Of a DNA stretch of 64,000 nucleotides, positions 39,076 through 52,719 are shown piece after piece (the stretch's first letter is position 1; each line of letters opens with the position of its first letter). Source of the DNA: Chiloscyllium plagiosum (taxonomy: Eukaryota); NCBI RefSeq assembly GCF_004010195.1, contig NC_057719.1, positions 64,922,819 to 64,986,818 of the forward strand, in the 5' to 3' direction. The position numbers and the translations under genes are program-made. The notes under the pieces are model-generated. The model did not search any database and was not told where the DNA came from. It saw nothing but the letters and a program-made list of their open reading frames with translations.

Positions 39076-39419
39076 GACCAAAATTAGTAACCATTTAGAG
39101 CAGCTCCAGTCTGACAGCACTTGTCTGGGTGTAGAACAGACTTTTCCAGATGAAGTGGGTGCAAAGGATGCAGGGATATCCATTGAGTGATGAGTTGTTA
39201 AGGAAGGGTGTATGGCAAAATGGAGTGGAAAATGTCATTGGGGGACAGTACACAATTATGGAGGCCAATTTGGTAAGGTGGGATAAGAAAACCAACTAAG
39301 GCCCACATCAAGATGCCCTCCATAAACTTGACATAATTTGATGTAGCCAAAAAAGTAAGATTAACCTCTCATCTTCTTGTACCACTTTGATCCCAAGAAC
39401 TAGGCCTGGTAGTGCCTCC

Positions 39420-41480
39420 TTTCTTGTTAGATGTGAGACCAAATGGTTGTAGAACATTCTCCTGAACATATTGCAATCTCAGAACCCTTGTCTCTCTTTG
39501 CCCTTAACACCACCACTGTCTTAGTCTATATTTGTGTATTCAAAGTCCCCCATTATGACCATCCGATAATGCTTGCATCTCTAAACTTTCCTTGCAAATT
39601 TGTTCTGTAATATTCTTCTCACTACAGAACAACCTCGGTTATCCAAACACCGATTATCTAAATTTCGGAATTTCCGAACAAGATCTCAAGATCTCAATGC
39701 TTGGGTAAACTCTGTTAACCGAACATTCGATTATCCGAACATTCGATGATCTGAACAAAATACTCCCCACCCGTGTTGTTTGCATAATCAAGGTTGCCCT
39801 GTAATCTGTAGACTAGATTAGATTAGATTACACTGAGCAATGTCGTTGCATGCTTTTCTAACAGTGGATTTTGTCCTTGAACCCTCTGAGACACCTCTTT
39901 ATCCATTAATGCTGTCTTTAACCAAGACCACCACACCTTCCTTCTTTTCTTCTTTCGCTTATTTCCCTGAATAACCTACAACCAGAAATATTTTACATGT
40001 AGCCTGATCTTTCTTCAGACTATTATTACAGCAGCTGTATAATTCCATGTGGTATTCTGTGCAAGTAACTCACTAATCTTAGTTATTGTACTCTACGTAT
40101 TTGTGTGCATACAGTGTAACTCTAATTTAGTATGTTTTTATTTCTCCTTTACCCCAATCCACCCATTACCTTGCTATTCTTTATTCCACTGCTATCTGTC
40201 TCTGCCAGTGTTTTGTGCGGCTCATAATGCTTTCTAATATTCTCTGCTGGTTTTTGCAGCTACACATGATTAGTTTAAAGCCTCCCAAACAGAATTAGCA
40301 AAATTCGCTGTAAGGACATCAGGCCTGCTCTGTTTGGGTATAACGTGTCTGCTTTGTACAGTGTCATCTCCCTCACAGTCAGTGCCAGTGTCCCAGGAAT
40401 TTGAAACTCTCTGTCCTATACCATTTCTCCAGGCCACACATTCCTCTGTCTTATCCTTGCACCATCTTTCCAGCCACACTTTATCCTAACCTTCTGCAGG
40501 TATTTCTGTATTCCCTGGTGTGCGTTACTGGAAATAATTTGGGTATTACTACTTTTGAGCTCCTGCTTGCTAATTTTCCACTAAATGCCCCTATTCTTTT
40601 TCTGCAGGACCATATTCCCCCTTCTGACTCAGATTGTTGGTACAAATAGGACCACGACCTCTGGCTGTCCACCCTCTCTCAGAAGAATAATGTGAAGAAT
40701 AATGAGGCAACATACCATCCTGGAATCACAAATATGGCCACAGAAACACCTGTCTGTTCCTCAACAAATGAATCCTCTATCATTAATGCTCTTTCAATCT
40801 AGTTCATTTCCTTCTATACAGCTGGTCGACTGATAGTCCCACAGGCCTGATATAGAAACATAGAAAATAGGAACAGGAGTAGGCCATCCAGCCCTTCAAA
40901 CTTGCTGTGCTATTCATTATTATAATAATAGATTATCATCCAACTCAGTAGCCTATTCCTGCTTTTCTTTCATGTTCTTTGATCCCTAGGCCCCAAGTGT
41001 ATATCCAACTTTTTTCCTGAAATCGTACAATTTTTTAACTTCAATTACTTTCTATGGTAGCAACTTTCACAGGCTCACTGCTCTCTATAGAAGAACGTTC
41101 TCTTCATCTCAGATTCTTGCTGCATTACTTTGAGAAATCCTCCCTTTCATTAATATGCAAAATAGACAACCAATTCTTAAGCAGGATATTGTGGGACTCC
41201 TGCCTAACCTGCCTGATTTCTTGGACTGTCTGGTGGTTGTCCATTCCCTACCTGCCTGTGTGCCCTGACCCTGCAGTGTGACTACATCTCTGAATGTCCC
41301 ATCCACATAATTCTCTGTCTCACAGATGCATCATTGTAATTCCAGCCACAGCCTGAGAGCTTGTTTGTGTATACAGTTTTTTTTTTACTTCCTGTTCATT
41401 TTGTTCACAAGAAGTATTCAGGTATTCCCACATGCCACAGGATGCACATTATCATATAGCTGAGCTGTCCTGCTTATTTT
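39420..41480 (-). mobile_element. CR1 5' half (ORF1 zinc finger and SGNH esterase, APE start) with nested insertions
   Basis: CASCGMWE near 41425-41450; SRSSKVVIPKLFPVTHTREYRN / MWLERWC; DSRMVCCL near 40705; a CR1 3' fragment is nested at about 40850-41110. Confidence 0.75.
39625..39801. mobile_element. 177-bp Tigger/pogo-like MITE
   Basis: TIRs CAGAACAACCTCGGTTATCCAAACA / TGTTTGCATAATCAAGGTTGCCCTG, TA on both sides, internal CGATTATCCGAACA-like repeats. Confidence 0.85.
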
Positions 41481-42539
41481 TGTACTAATAACTATAAATT
41501 GAAGATTAGAGGCTAATGAATTTTCAGTGCTGTGATGTCATTCTTAATATATACTGTCCCTGAGGCTGCTTGCTCCATATGTCTAAATAAAACTCTTTAA
41601 CTCCTTATGTACTGTAATGCTCCTTTATTTGCATCTGTACATAGTGGGTTCTCAAGTACAACTCTCTAGTTCAGTGTCTAAGTCCTCTATCTTTGTATGT
41701 TAACTCTGCACTGGTGAGTTTTGTCTTACTAGTGTCATAGTCATGTGAAGAGTTACATTATAATGATCTACATGAAACTTATGCAACAGTTTTTCTGATC
41801 AAACTCTCATTTTGAAGAAAATGTAATGCTCAATCATTTCTCTGCCTATTTAAGAAACAACTGCAAAACTTTTGTTTTATTTTTTGTGTATTTTTTTGAA
41901 GACCTAAGACCAGAGTGCAGCCTGTAACAATTGTAACAACGACTTATAAAACTGACCATAGCATTTACGCAGAGTGACTTGGGAAAAATTGTACCGAGAC
42001 ACCAAATTAGAAGTTGCCTGTTTCCACTAACAGAAGGTGGGATTCAGAAATGCTGGTTCAAGAAGAGGTGATGATCTCTACAGTTAGACATCCTGTGCTC
42101 AGAGTCCCAGATGAGAACACTGACAGGGAAACGATTCCAAAAGCAGGAGTAATGTTTTGTGAAGTTTTACTATTCCAGTTGCAGTATTGATTGTAGTTAT
42201 GGCATGAATCTGGAGGTCAGGTTTCAGTGGTAGGCACTCCTGCGGTAATCATTTAACTGTAATTAGCCAGTTTACGGTGTGGCTGTATATAATTAGTCAG
42301 TTGTCCACATTGCTTTGAAGTTGCAGATGGTAGACATGATGCTCAATTTGTGTTTTTGGACGTGTTTTGCAGAAATAAAAGATGTTTCCTTTTCATTCTG
42401 CCAGGCAAGTGTGCAGCATCCTATCACTGGTGAGAGGGAGACTTTGTAAAATGCTGGAATGAATAATAATGACAATTGAGGCTATTGTGAACTTTTTCAC
42501 TTGTCAAAGCGCTTGCTTACTTCTTTACTCCAATACAAT

Positions 42540-43320
42540 TATAGAATCATACAGCACAGAAGAGACCCTGCAGCCCATCAAGTCTGCCCCAATTAAAAAA
42601 AACTACTCTCAGTCTACACGAGTCTCACTGTCCAGCACCTGAGCCAAAGCTTGAACATTATAACACTTCAAGTGCTCATCCAAGTACGTTTTCAAGGTTG
42701 TGCGTCTTACTGTCTTAACTATTCTTCCAGACAGTGCATTTTGGACTCCCACCACCATCTGGGTAAAATCATCTTTCCTCAGGTCACTCCCAAACCTCCT
42801 GACTTTCACCATAAAATTTTGTCCCCCAGTTATTGACCCTTCACCGCGGAGGAACAGCTGCTTTCTATCCATGCCCCTCTTAATCTTATAAAAAGAACCC
42901 CTAAAGATCTCTGTAAAGATTTGTAGCTCGGGTGCTGGTTGTAGTTGTTGTGGGTATATTCGCCAAGCTGGTAAGTTAGTTTGCAAAGGAAGGGGATGAA
43001 ATATAAACATATCCACAACAACTGCAAAAACCCTCTCTCAGCCTTCTCTGCTCTAAATAAAACAATCCAAGCATATCCAGATTTTCTTCATATCCAAAGC
43101 CCTGCATCTTGGGCAAAGTCTTGCTGGATTTACTTTGCATTCTCTCCAGTGCAATTACATTCTTCCAAAAGTGTGGTGAGCAGAACTGCATACATTACTC
43201 CAGCTGTGGCCTATCTAAAGTCCTTTACAGCTCTAACATGACCTCCCTGCTCTTATAATCGATACAATGACTGATAAAGACTGGTGACTGCTAAATACCT
43301 TCTTAACTAGCCTATTATCT
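42540..43320 (-). mobile_element. CR1 3' fragment with a short insert at about 42920-43025
   Basis: MQFCSPHFWKNVIALERMQ.. ORF; 3' tail. Confidence 0.85.
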
Positions 43321-43805
43321 TAAAAATCTTATCTAATTTACAAACTGACAAAGTGAACATTTGGAACCAAAGTGAGTTTAGAATCATTACTGCGCTTAGA
43401 TGTTAAGGTCAATCTTTCCCAAAATAGTGAAGAACACAGTCTTTCTGGAAATTAAACAATTTGGCGCTCATTGTCTAACTCTGTGTGCATTTGTCTGGAA
43501 TAACTCAGTCATCACATATCTTTCAGATAAGAGTTATGAACTTTGGTGGAGGGTTGTGATATCAGCAGAGATTATGAAATGAAGGTGGCCCATTAGTCTC
43601 TCATTCCAAAGTAATGTCTTAACCTTCTTTATATTACAGTATTATTCAAACCAACTGTCCAGCCAACTGAGCTCACTGACTCATTTCTATTTCTTAAATT
43701 AGTCTAATGACCTGACTTCAACAACACTGCCTGGAAGCCTGCTTCAGCTGTTGGTCACAATGTAGAAAGGAACTTCCTGGTATCTGTCCAAAACATATAG
43801 TCCCC

Positions 43806-44930
43806 AAATCATAGAACAGTTACAGCACAGAAGAAGCCCATTAAATCTCTGCCAACTCTTTGCAACAGCAACTCAGCTAATTTTACTGTGCCACAAGAGT
43901 CCTTCCTGGCCCTCTCCCTGTAGCCTGAAAATTCCCTTCAGATGTTAGCAATTGATTCCGTTTTGAAAGTCACAATTGAATCTGCCTCTACCATCTTCTC
44001 AGCCAAGCACTGTACAAAAACTGCTTTCCTCATGTTGCCTTTAAACTTTTTCTAAACAACTTAAATTGATGCCCTCTTGTAGAGAAACCTTTTGCCAACA
44101 GAAACAATTTTTTTCTATCTACTCTGTATTGACTCTTCTTGTTTCTGTCAAATTTCCTTTCCACCTCTTGCTCTTTAAGCTGAAATACAAGCTTCTCCAG
44201 TCTATCCATGTAATTGAGGTTCCTCATTCCCAATCTCATAAATGCTTGCTGCACCCTCACCTCTAAAGCATTGATATCCAACTAAAAGCCTAGTGCTTAG
44301 AACTGAACAAAATACTTCAGTTGAGGCCAAACCAACATTTTGTAAAGGTTCATCAGAAATTCTTTGGGCTTTTGTACTTTATGCTGTATTTATAAGGCCA
44401 GCATTCGTGGGCTGTTTTAACCACTTCCTCAATCTGTGCTGCCACCTTCAGTGACTTGTACGTGCATGTGTCAAGTTTGTCAGTTCCTTCACCTTGATTA
44501 AAAAGGGACCCATATTACCTCTCTTCATTCTTAATACCAAAATGTATCACTTCTCGTTTCCCAGCAACAAATCCCTCTGTCACCAGTTGGTCTGTGTCCT
44601 TTTGAAGTATATCGCTATTCCATAGTTTGCTGTATGTCCACGTTTTATGCTACCTATAGATTATGAAATTGTGCCCTGTATATCCAAATCAAGGTTATTA
44701 ATTTAACTCAAGAAAAGTAATGATCCCAGCACCACGAGTTCCACTAAAAGCTTCCTCCAGGCTGTAGAACACCCATTCACCATTTCTCACTGTTTTAAAT
44801 TGTTCACCCCAATTTGTTTCCAGGGCCTTTTACTTTGCTGATAAGCACTTCATGTGGAATTTGTTTTTTTGGAGAATGCAGCAACAGCATTCTCCTCATC
44901 AATGCAATTTCTCCACTGCCTCATCACAAA
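43806..44930 (-). mobile_element. Old CR1 3' fragment
   Basis: ORF 44030-44281 has DINALEVRVQ..NYMDRLEKL..TRGHQFK. Confidence 0.8.
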
Positions 44931-45849
44931 GCTCATTCATGTTGATTTCTGGTTGGGTTTTAAGTGGGGCAGAGATAATACTTTGATTAGTCTTCCTCTG
45001 GCCTTCATGTCTGAAGACATCAAGAGACTACATAGAGGAGCAGGGAAGAAATGTTGTTAAAGGGTGTTATCTTGGATCCAGAAAAGTAAGGGATTATGGT
45101 GCCTCCTGTTTCTTTATTTATACTATGTTTGCTCTGTGGAATAATGTAATCTGCTACATTACCTGTTTTTCTGTTATTTCTTAACAATCTCTTCTGCATT
45201 TTAAAACTGAAAGCACAATATGATGGCGTTTACTATATTGCTTTCTGAAGGTTAAGGGTTTGAAGAGAGCTTATGACTGCCCTAACAAGCAAAATACAAA
45301 GTTTCTATTTATCTCCTGAGCTTGCTATATTAACAATGTGAGAAGGTACAATCTGGTTTGTCGAAAGTAAAGACTTGCTGAAGGGAGTGGTCTTCAGCAC
45401 TGAGCATGAGAAAAATGTGACCAAAACCCAGTGAGTTATTATGGTTCCCCAGCAAAGCTCAAAATGAATAGTAATCATTTTGAATTGAGAGATCGAAGAT
45501 TGGGACTATTTATTTCATTCACCAAAATGTAACATTTCACTCCAGAAATTTCCATTCCCAAGCTCAAAGTTGTCATCAATTATAATATTGCAAAGTTGCA
45601 ATCTATAATTTTGGTCCATTTTTGACATAAAACACAACAGATGATAAAATATATGTTTTCCTTGATTGTGATGTCAAAATGTTCTAGAATTAGCTGTCAA
45701 AGAAATTTGATGGTATTCTCAGCTGATGGTTGAAAGCTAGAGGGTGATTCCACAAGCATTTTCAGAGAGCAGGTCAGAGAATTGAGCTTTCACTGCTGCA
45801 ACTATATCCAAAACAATACCTATTTCATTGATTATGGCTCCTTGCTGGA

Positions 45850-46140
45850 GTTACTGGTGGTCGAAACAACCCTTAATTTTAATCATATAGTACCCTGAAT
45901 GATTGAAAAGAGAGTTCCAGGATTTTGACCTGATGACAGTGAAGTAATTAGCATATATTTAGACAATATCAAGACAATACAAAGTCTGGCTGGTGAATGG
46001 ATTTGAAGTGAACTTGCAGGTGGTGGTATTCTAATGCATCTGTTTCCTTGTCATCTAGATGGAAGTAGCCGTGGGTTTGAGAAGGTGCTGCTAAGGAGCC
46101 TTGGTGAATTTTTTGCAGTTTGTCTTGTTGCTGGTACACA
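45850..46140 (-). mobile_element. LINE 3' fragment related to 48715-49440
   Basis: Shared TTCCAGGA(T/C)TTTGAC..TGACA(G/C)TGAAG stretch. Confidence 0.55.
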
Positions 46141-46544
46141 TCACTTTATCAATATGAAATAATATTTTAATATTCAGATGATGCTCAAGAAATTGAGCAA
46201 TGTTGCATTTATTTCATACATTTATTGCAGTGTAGGGGCCATGACACTTCAGGAGAGTGTAATCAAACACAATTTGACAGTGAACCACTGCAACCTGCAT
46301 TAGAACAAACCCAGTAGAAACATTTTTGATACTAAACCACGTATGGAGATTTTAGGACAGATGAATAAATCTTGATCAAAATTTAGATTTTAAGAAGCTT
46401 CTTAGATGGGAAGAGATAGAGAGATTTAAGGAGGGAACTCCAGAATTTATATCTAAGGCAGTGGAAAAGCAGCAAAGATCTGAAATAATGAATTGTAACT
46501 GAAGCAGTTTGTGCTTTACAATATGCTGGTCCAAATAACATCAC

Positions 46545-47135
46545 AGAATCAAAGAAGCGTTTTGATGCAGAAGAGGGCCATTTTGACCATTGTTCCTAAA
46601 CCATCTCATTAACTGAGCATCATTATCTAGTGCCAGTCTCCTGCTTTTTCTCCATACCCTTACATATCATTTTTACCCAAACAATTACCCAACCCCCTCT
46701 TGAGTACCCCAATTGATCCTGCCTCCACTGCACTTTCAGGCAGTGCATTCCATACCCTAACTACTCGCTGTGTGAAAAAGCTTTTTTTCTTGTTTCACCT
46801 ATGCTTCTTTTGTTGATCATTTTAAAGCTTTGCCCTCATAATCCTGTTCATTTGTGAAAGTGAACAGTTTCTCCCTAACTACTCTATCCAGCCCTCTCAT
46901 GATTTTGAAAACCTCTAACAAAATTCCTCTTAGCCTTCTTCTCTCCAAGGGAAGTTAGTCCTAATTTCTTCAATATATCCTCATAATTGAGGATCCTCAT
47001 AACTGAGGTTCCTCATCTCTCGAAACATTCTTGTAAACTGCTTCTGCACTCTTTCCAATGTGTTCATATTCTTCAAATAATGTGGTGCCCAGAGCTGTGC
47101 ACTATACTCAGCTGAGGTCTAACAACTGTCTTCTA
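46545..47135 (-). mobile_element. CR1 3' fragment
   Basis: CR1 RT C-terminus and 3' UTR on minus. Confidence 0.8.
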
Positions 47136-47859
47136 CTGCCAATGGCCAAGTTCTTCTTGAGTCAGCTTGTCTAAAGTTTATTTATGACATTAACTTTTTC
47201 CAAAGCTGTGATATCACAAACTTACACACAGAACCTTGGTACTATGTTTATTGATATTACTATACAATATACACACACAACTGACTACACCATCACCATT
47301 GCACAGTCAGATTGACTGATTGAAGGTATAAGGGGCAACGTTACACTGGAGCATGTCATGATGTTATGTAACTGTGTTAAAGGCATAAGCCCGCCTGATC
47401 TGGAATCTCTGTCATGGTGCACAGTAATATCAACCAGATTATGATGCTATACTTCAAAAGAGAACTGTATTTAACAAACATCAAGTCCATACTTTTATGG
47501 GAGAGCTTTATTTCAGTTAGCTACACTCCATAAAGTGCACACACTGCTTATTACTGGTTTCCCATGTTTACACCACCAATTCAAACCCAATATCTCTTCA
47601 TTAATATATCCATCAACTGTTCCCTGATTCCATTAGGTCTATTTTTCCCACCTCTCTCTATATTTTCACAACTGAGTCACCATTCCTCACATTGTCGAGG
47701 GGCTGGGAAACTGAAGCCTCTTGGCCGTTGGAACTAGAAGGTGGACCACTTGCCTTGTTAAATCCTTTACTTGCTGTTGTACCCTTCAGTACACCCAAAC
47801 TTTTGATGACAGTTTCCAAAGATTCCCTCAGCACAATACTCCAAAAGCAAACAATGTGT

Positions 47860-48525
47860 GTCATAGAATCATACGGAAACAGACCCTTCAGACCAACATG
47901 TCCCAAACTAAAACTAGTCCCCTTTGCCTGCATTTGGCCCATATCCTTCCAAACCTTTCCTATTCTATTACCTGTCCAAACGTCTTTTCAATGTTGTAAT
48001 TGTAACTGCATGTATCACTTCCTCTTACAGTTCATTCCACATACGAGCTACTGTCATGTACAAAAGTTACCTCTCAGATCCCTTTCTCCTTACACTTTAA
48101 AACTATGCCCCCACTTTTGAACTCCCCCACCTTTTGCTATTCACCTTATCTATTCCCCTCATGATTTTATAAACCTCTAAACCTCAATTTTCTATGTTCC
48201 ACTGATAAAACTTTCAGCCTATCCTTATAACTGAAATCTTCCAGTCCTGGCAACATTCTGATAAATCTTTTCTGAACCCTCTCCAATTTAATAATAATGT
48301 CCTTCCTATGGCAGGGTGACCAGAACTGTACACAGTACTCCAAAAGTGGCCTCACCAATGTCCTGTGCAGCCTCAACACGACATCCCAACTCCTGTACTC
48401 ATTAGTCTGAGCAATGAAGGCAAACATGCTAAATGCCTTAACCACTCTGTCCACCTGTATTGCAACTTCCGAAGAATTATGCACCTGAGCTCCTCGATCT
48501 CTCTGTTTGACAACACTACCCAGTG
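47860..48525 (-). mobile_element. CR1 3' fragment
   Basis: ORF 48167-48484 has LVRPLLEYCVQFWSP..KLERVQKRF. Confidence 0.9.
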
Positions 48526-48714
48526 AGCTTCAACATCATACATGATCAATGCTGGGCAGTATCTTTGAGAAGTAGAGGAATATATTTCAAGAAACATAGT
48601 AAACAGTTTAGTCTCCCAAATCTACTGTATCGTTTTAGTTATGTCATCTGCTCCTCAACTTCATATCCCTTTATGATCTTACCTAACAAAAATCTAGCGT
48701 TTTAAAACAAATTC

Positions 48715-49440
48715 ACTCTGGGACTTGTGTCGCTGGCTGGGACAGCATTTATTGCCTGTCACTAATTGCCCTTGAGAAGGTGGTTGTGAGCTGCCGCCTT
48801 AGGCTGCTGCAGTCCATGTGTGTAACTAAACCCATAATTCTGTTAAACAGTGAATTCCAGGACTTTGACACATTGACACTGAAGGAACGGTGATAGATTT
48901 CCAAGTCAAGATGGTGAGTGACTTGGAGGGGAATATGCAAGTGGGGGTTTTGCCAATGTACTTGCTGTCCTTGTCATGGTCATGGTCTTAGGTGAGAAAG
49001 GTGAGGTCTAAGGAACCTGGGAGAATTTTGGCAATAGGTCTTGGAGCTACTGAGCAGAGTGGAGAGAGTGAATGTGATGCCAATCAAGCAAGCTGCTTTG
49101 TCCTGGCTGGTATTAACCTGCTTGACTGTTATTGGAACTGCACTCATTCAGGCAAGTGGGGAGTATTCCATCACACAGCTGGCCTGTGCATTATAGGTGA
49201 GGCAGGAGGCAGGAGGTGCAGGATTCCTAGCCTCTGATGTGCTCTTGTAACCACTTTGTTTATACAGTCAATCAGTTCATCTTCTGATCAATGATAACCC
49301 CTACGCTCTTGACAGTGTAGATACAGTGATGATAATGCCATTGCATGTAAGGGATGGCAGTTAGATTGATTCTTATTGGAGATGGTTATTGTCTGGCATT
49401 TGTGTGGCACAAATCTTATTTGTCACTTTTCAGTACAAGC
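48715..49440 (-). mobile_element. CR1/L2-clade LINE 3' fragment of a distinct family
   Basis: ORF 48749-48940 has SFSVNVSKSWNSLFN; recurrent 3' end GGGCAATTAGTGACAGGCAATAAATGCTG. Confidence 0.6.
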
Positions 49441-50382
49441 TTTAAAAGCTTCATTTGTACCTACACCCACAGCTTCTTGCGGCAAGAAGAATTCCAGCTT
49501 TTATGAGAAAAAATGTTGCCAAATTTACCTTTTATTCTCTCAGGCAATTGGCTGCATGGATTTTAGTGTTGTACTATATAAACATAACTTTCAAAATAAA
49601 CATCCTTGCCAAGGATGTAAGCTGACTTTTCAGTAGAAGTTCTGTACGTGGGAGGTTGAATTATTTTATATTCCACAGTCAGTTGTCATTGTTTTACAAT
49701 CCAATGACACGACATTTATTGTTTTAACAATATTTTTGGCAAAGATAGTTTCAAATAGCTGGCATTCACAGTGCTACTGTCTAATATGAGTTATACTGTG
49801 CTGTTGTGAGGATGTGTAGCTTGGACTGGTTTAATTTTTGCACATTTCATGGATGCCATTCTGCCTTCTGTATTGCATTCTGGCTAAGATGGTGGTAATT
49901 TGGCCACATATATTCTGTACCATACACCTTTTTCACAATTCTGTTTGTTTTTCATTTTTGAGTTGAAATCCTCATTCTTTGAAAAGTTAATGGAAGTTAA
50001 CTTTTTAACTTAAGTTAACAGAAAAAAAATTTGAGCATTTGTCAAGTGAAAAATCAACAAAACCACAGTTATAGCCTAACAATCCTTTAATTATTCCTAA
50101 ACATTATTGATATTAACAACCTTGTGGCTCAATAGTGTTTTTTTTAACAATGTAAATTGTTGAAACCTTTCCTGAGGCAGCAGGTGAATGTTAAAATATT
50201 AGCTTCAGTGGAAAGATTTGATCATAACTAGTTTTATCAAAATTCATGTCTACTTCGCAGGACATAGTTTTTATTACTAATTTGTGGAGTGAATGAGTCA
50301 TAATTTTTTGTAGCCAGTATCTGCAAAGGGTTAGGCTTGCTTTTGGTTTTAATGTGGCAAATTGCTGAAAGTGTGAGCTGAA

Positions 50383-52005
50383 TATCCCCAAAATTCCAGA
50401 GAGTGAGGGGACAGAGCTGAGTTTGGTGGCCATCACCAAGGAGAAGGTGCTAGAAAAACTGAATGGCCTGAAGGTGGATAAATCACCTGGACCAGATGGT
50501 CTACACGCCAGAGTTCTAGGGGCGATAGCTGAAGAGATAGTGGAGGCTTTACTGGTGATCTTTCAGAAATCGCAAGAATCAGAGAGGGTCCCAAGAACTG
50601 GAAAATTACTAACATGACACCCTGTTTAAAAAGGGAGTAAGGCAAAAGCTTATAGGCTGATTAGCCTAACCTCAATCATGGGTAAGATCCTAGAATCCAT
50701 TGGGAAGGATTAGATTCTGAATACTTGGAAGTGTATGTAAAATTGGGTAAAGTCAGCATGATTTCATCAAGGGGAGAGCATGCCTGACAAATCTGCTGCA
50801 ATTGTGAAGAAGTAATGAGCAGGTTAGACAAGGAGAGCCAATGAATGTTATCTACTTGGATTTCAAGAAGGCCTTTGACAAAGTGCCACATAGGAGGCTA
50901 CTGAGTAAGATAAAGGCCTATGGTGTTAAAGGCAAGGTGCTAGCATGGATAGAAGCTTGGCTGTCTGGCAGAAAGCAGAGAGTGGGGATAAAAGGGTCAT
51001 TCTCAGGATGGCAGCCAGTGACCAATGGTGTTCTGCAAGGCTCAGTGTTGGGGTCACATTTTTCATTTTATACATTAACGATCTAGATGAAGGAATTGAT
51101 GGCATTCTGGCTAAGTTTGAGATAATAGAGAAGGACAGGTAGCATTGAGGAGATGGGGAGGCTGTAGAAGGATTTGGACAGGTTAGGAGAGTGGGCAAAG
51201 AAGTAGCAGATGGCGAACAATGTGGGAAAGTGTGAGGTCATGCACTTTGGTAAGAAGAACAGAGGCATGGACTATTTTCTAAATGGGGAGAAAATTCAGA
51301 AGTCTGAAGTGTGAAGAGACTTGGGAGTTCTACTCCATGATTCTCTTAAGGTAAACTTGCAGGTTGAGTCAGTGGTCAGGAAGGCAAATGCAATGATGGC
51401 ATTTATTTCAAGAGGGCTTGAATATAAAAGTAGGGCTGTACCTCTGAGGCTCTCTTAGGCTCAGGTCAGACCACATTTGGAGTATTGTGAGGAGTTTTGG
51501 GCCCATATCTCAGGAAGGATGTACTGGCCCTGGAGTGTGTTCAGGGGAGGCTCATGAGAATGGTTCCAGGAATGAAAAGATTACCAAATGAGGAATGTTT
51601 GAGGACTCTGGGCCTATACTAAATGGAGTCTAGAAGGATGAGGGATGAGCTGATTGAAATGTACAGAATACTGAATGATGACAGAGTAGATGTTGGGAAG
51701 ATGTTTCCATTGGTTGGAGAGACTAGAACCCGAGTGCATAGCCTTAGAGTAAAAGGCAGACCTTTTAGTACGGAGATAAGGAGAAACTTCTTTAGCCAGA
51801 GAGCGATGAATCTATGGGGTTCGTTGCCACAGAAGGCTATGGAGGCCAGGTCATTGAATATATTTAAGACTGAAATAGAGTATCAAGTGTTATAGGGAGA
51901 AAGTGGGAGAATAGGAATGAGAAACTTATCAGCCATAATTGACTGGCAGTTCAGACTCAGTGGGCTGAGTGGCCTAATTTCTACTCCTATGTCTTATGAT
52001 CTTAT
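50383..52005 (+). mobile_element. CR1 LINE (about 1.6 kb of ORF2 RT, disrupted)
   Basis: KVDKSPGPDGLH, IYLDFKKAFDKVPHRRL, RNFFSQRAMNLW. Confidence 0.95.
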
Positions 52006-52719
52006 AATATTACTGTGTGGGAAACAGAGCAACTTTGGAACTTGAGCAGTTGCTTTTAAATACTCCAACAATAATTAAAATCGGAAGGAGGGAGACTCTA
52101 TATCTGTCACAGTTATTTTTGGGGTTGCTTTGCAGTAATCAATCCTAATCACACCCTCAGAAAGGTAGTTAACTAGAATGAGCTTGGCTTAACTTTCTGT
52201 GAGGAGCTTAGTTCATGCCATGCAATGCATTTTAATAGTAAAGCAACCAACATAACTTAGCATTGTTTTATATTTGATTTCAGCCAAGCATTTGCCCTTG
52301 CTGTACCATTTGTGCATAAGCAATGGTAGCACCACCTGTGATTTTACCACAAATATCTGAACCATTGTTCTAAATGAAGAAAGCTGTTTTTTCTGCCAGG
52401 GTCTGGGGTTTAATTTTTTAAAAATCTAGGTTCATTGCCAGCATCTGCAGAACAGATCAGAGTAGAACTTTTACCCTGTAATCAGTGTTGTGGTATCCAG
52501 ATGTACTGTCTGCATATGTGAAAGATTGAAAAAAAGAGCATTTTATCCCTATTTCCCAAAAAAAAGATGGCTAGTCGCCCAGCTCAAACTGGAAATATCC
52601 AATTTGGCTAAAAGATAAGCATTCATTTGGTTTGGTTCTTGTCCTGCAACAGCAGGCATAATAACCCGTGCTGTGATTTGATCCATTGGTCATCCATTAA
52701 AGCATGAGTCGGGACCTTT

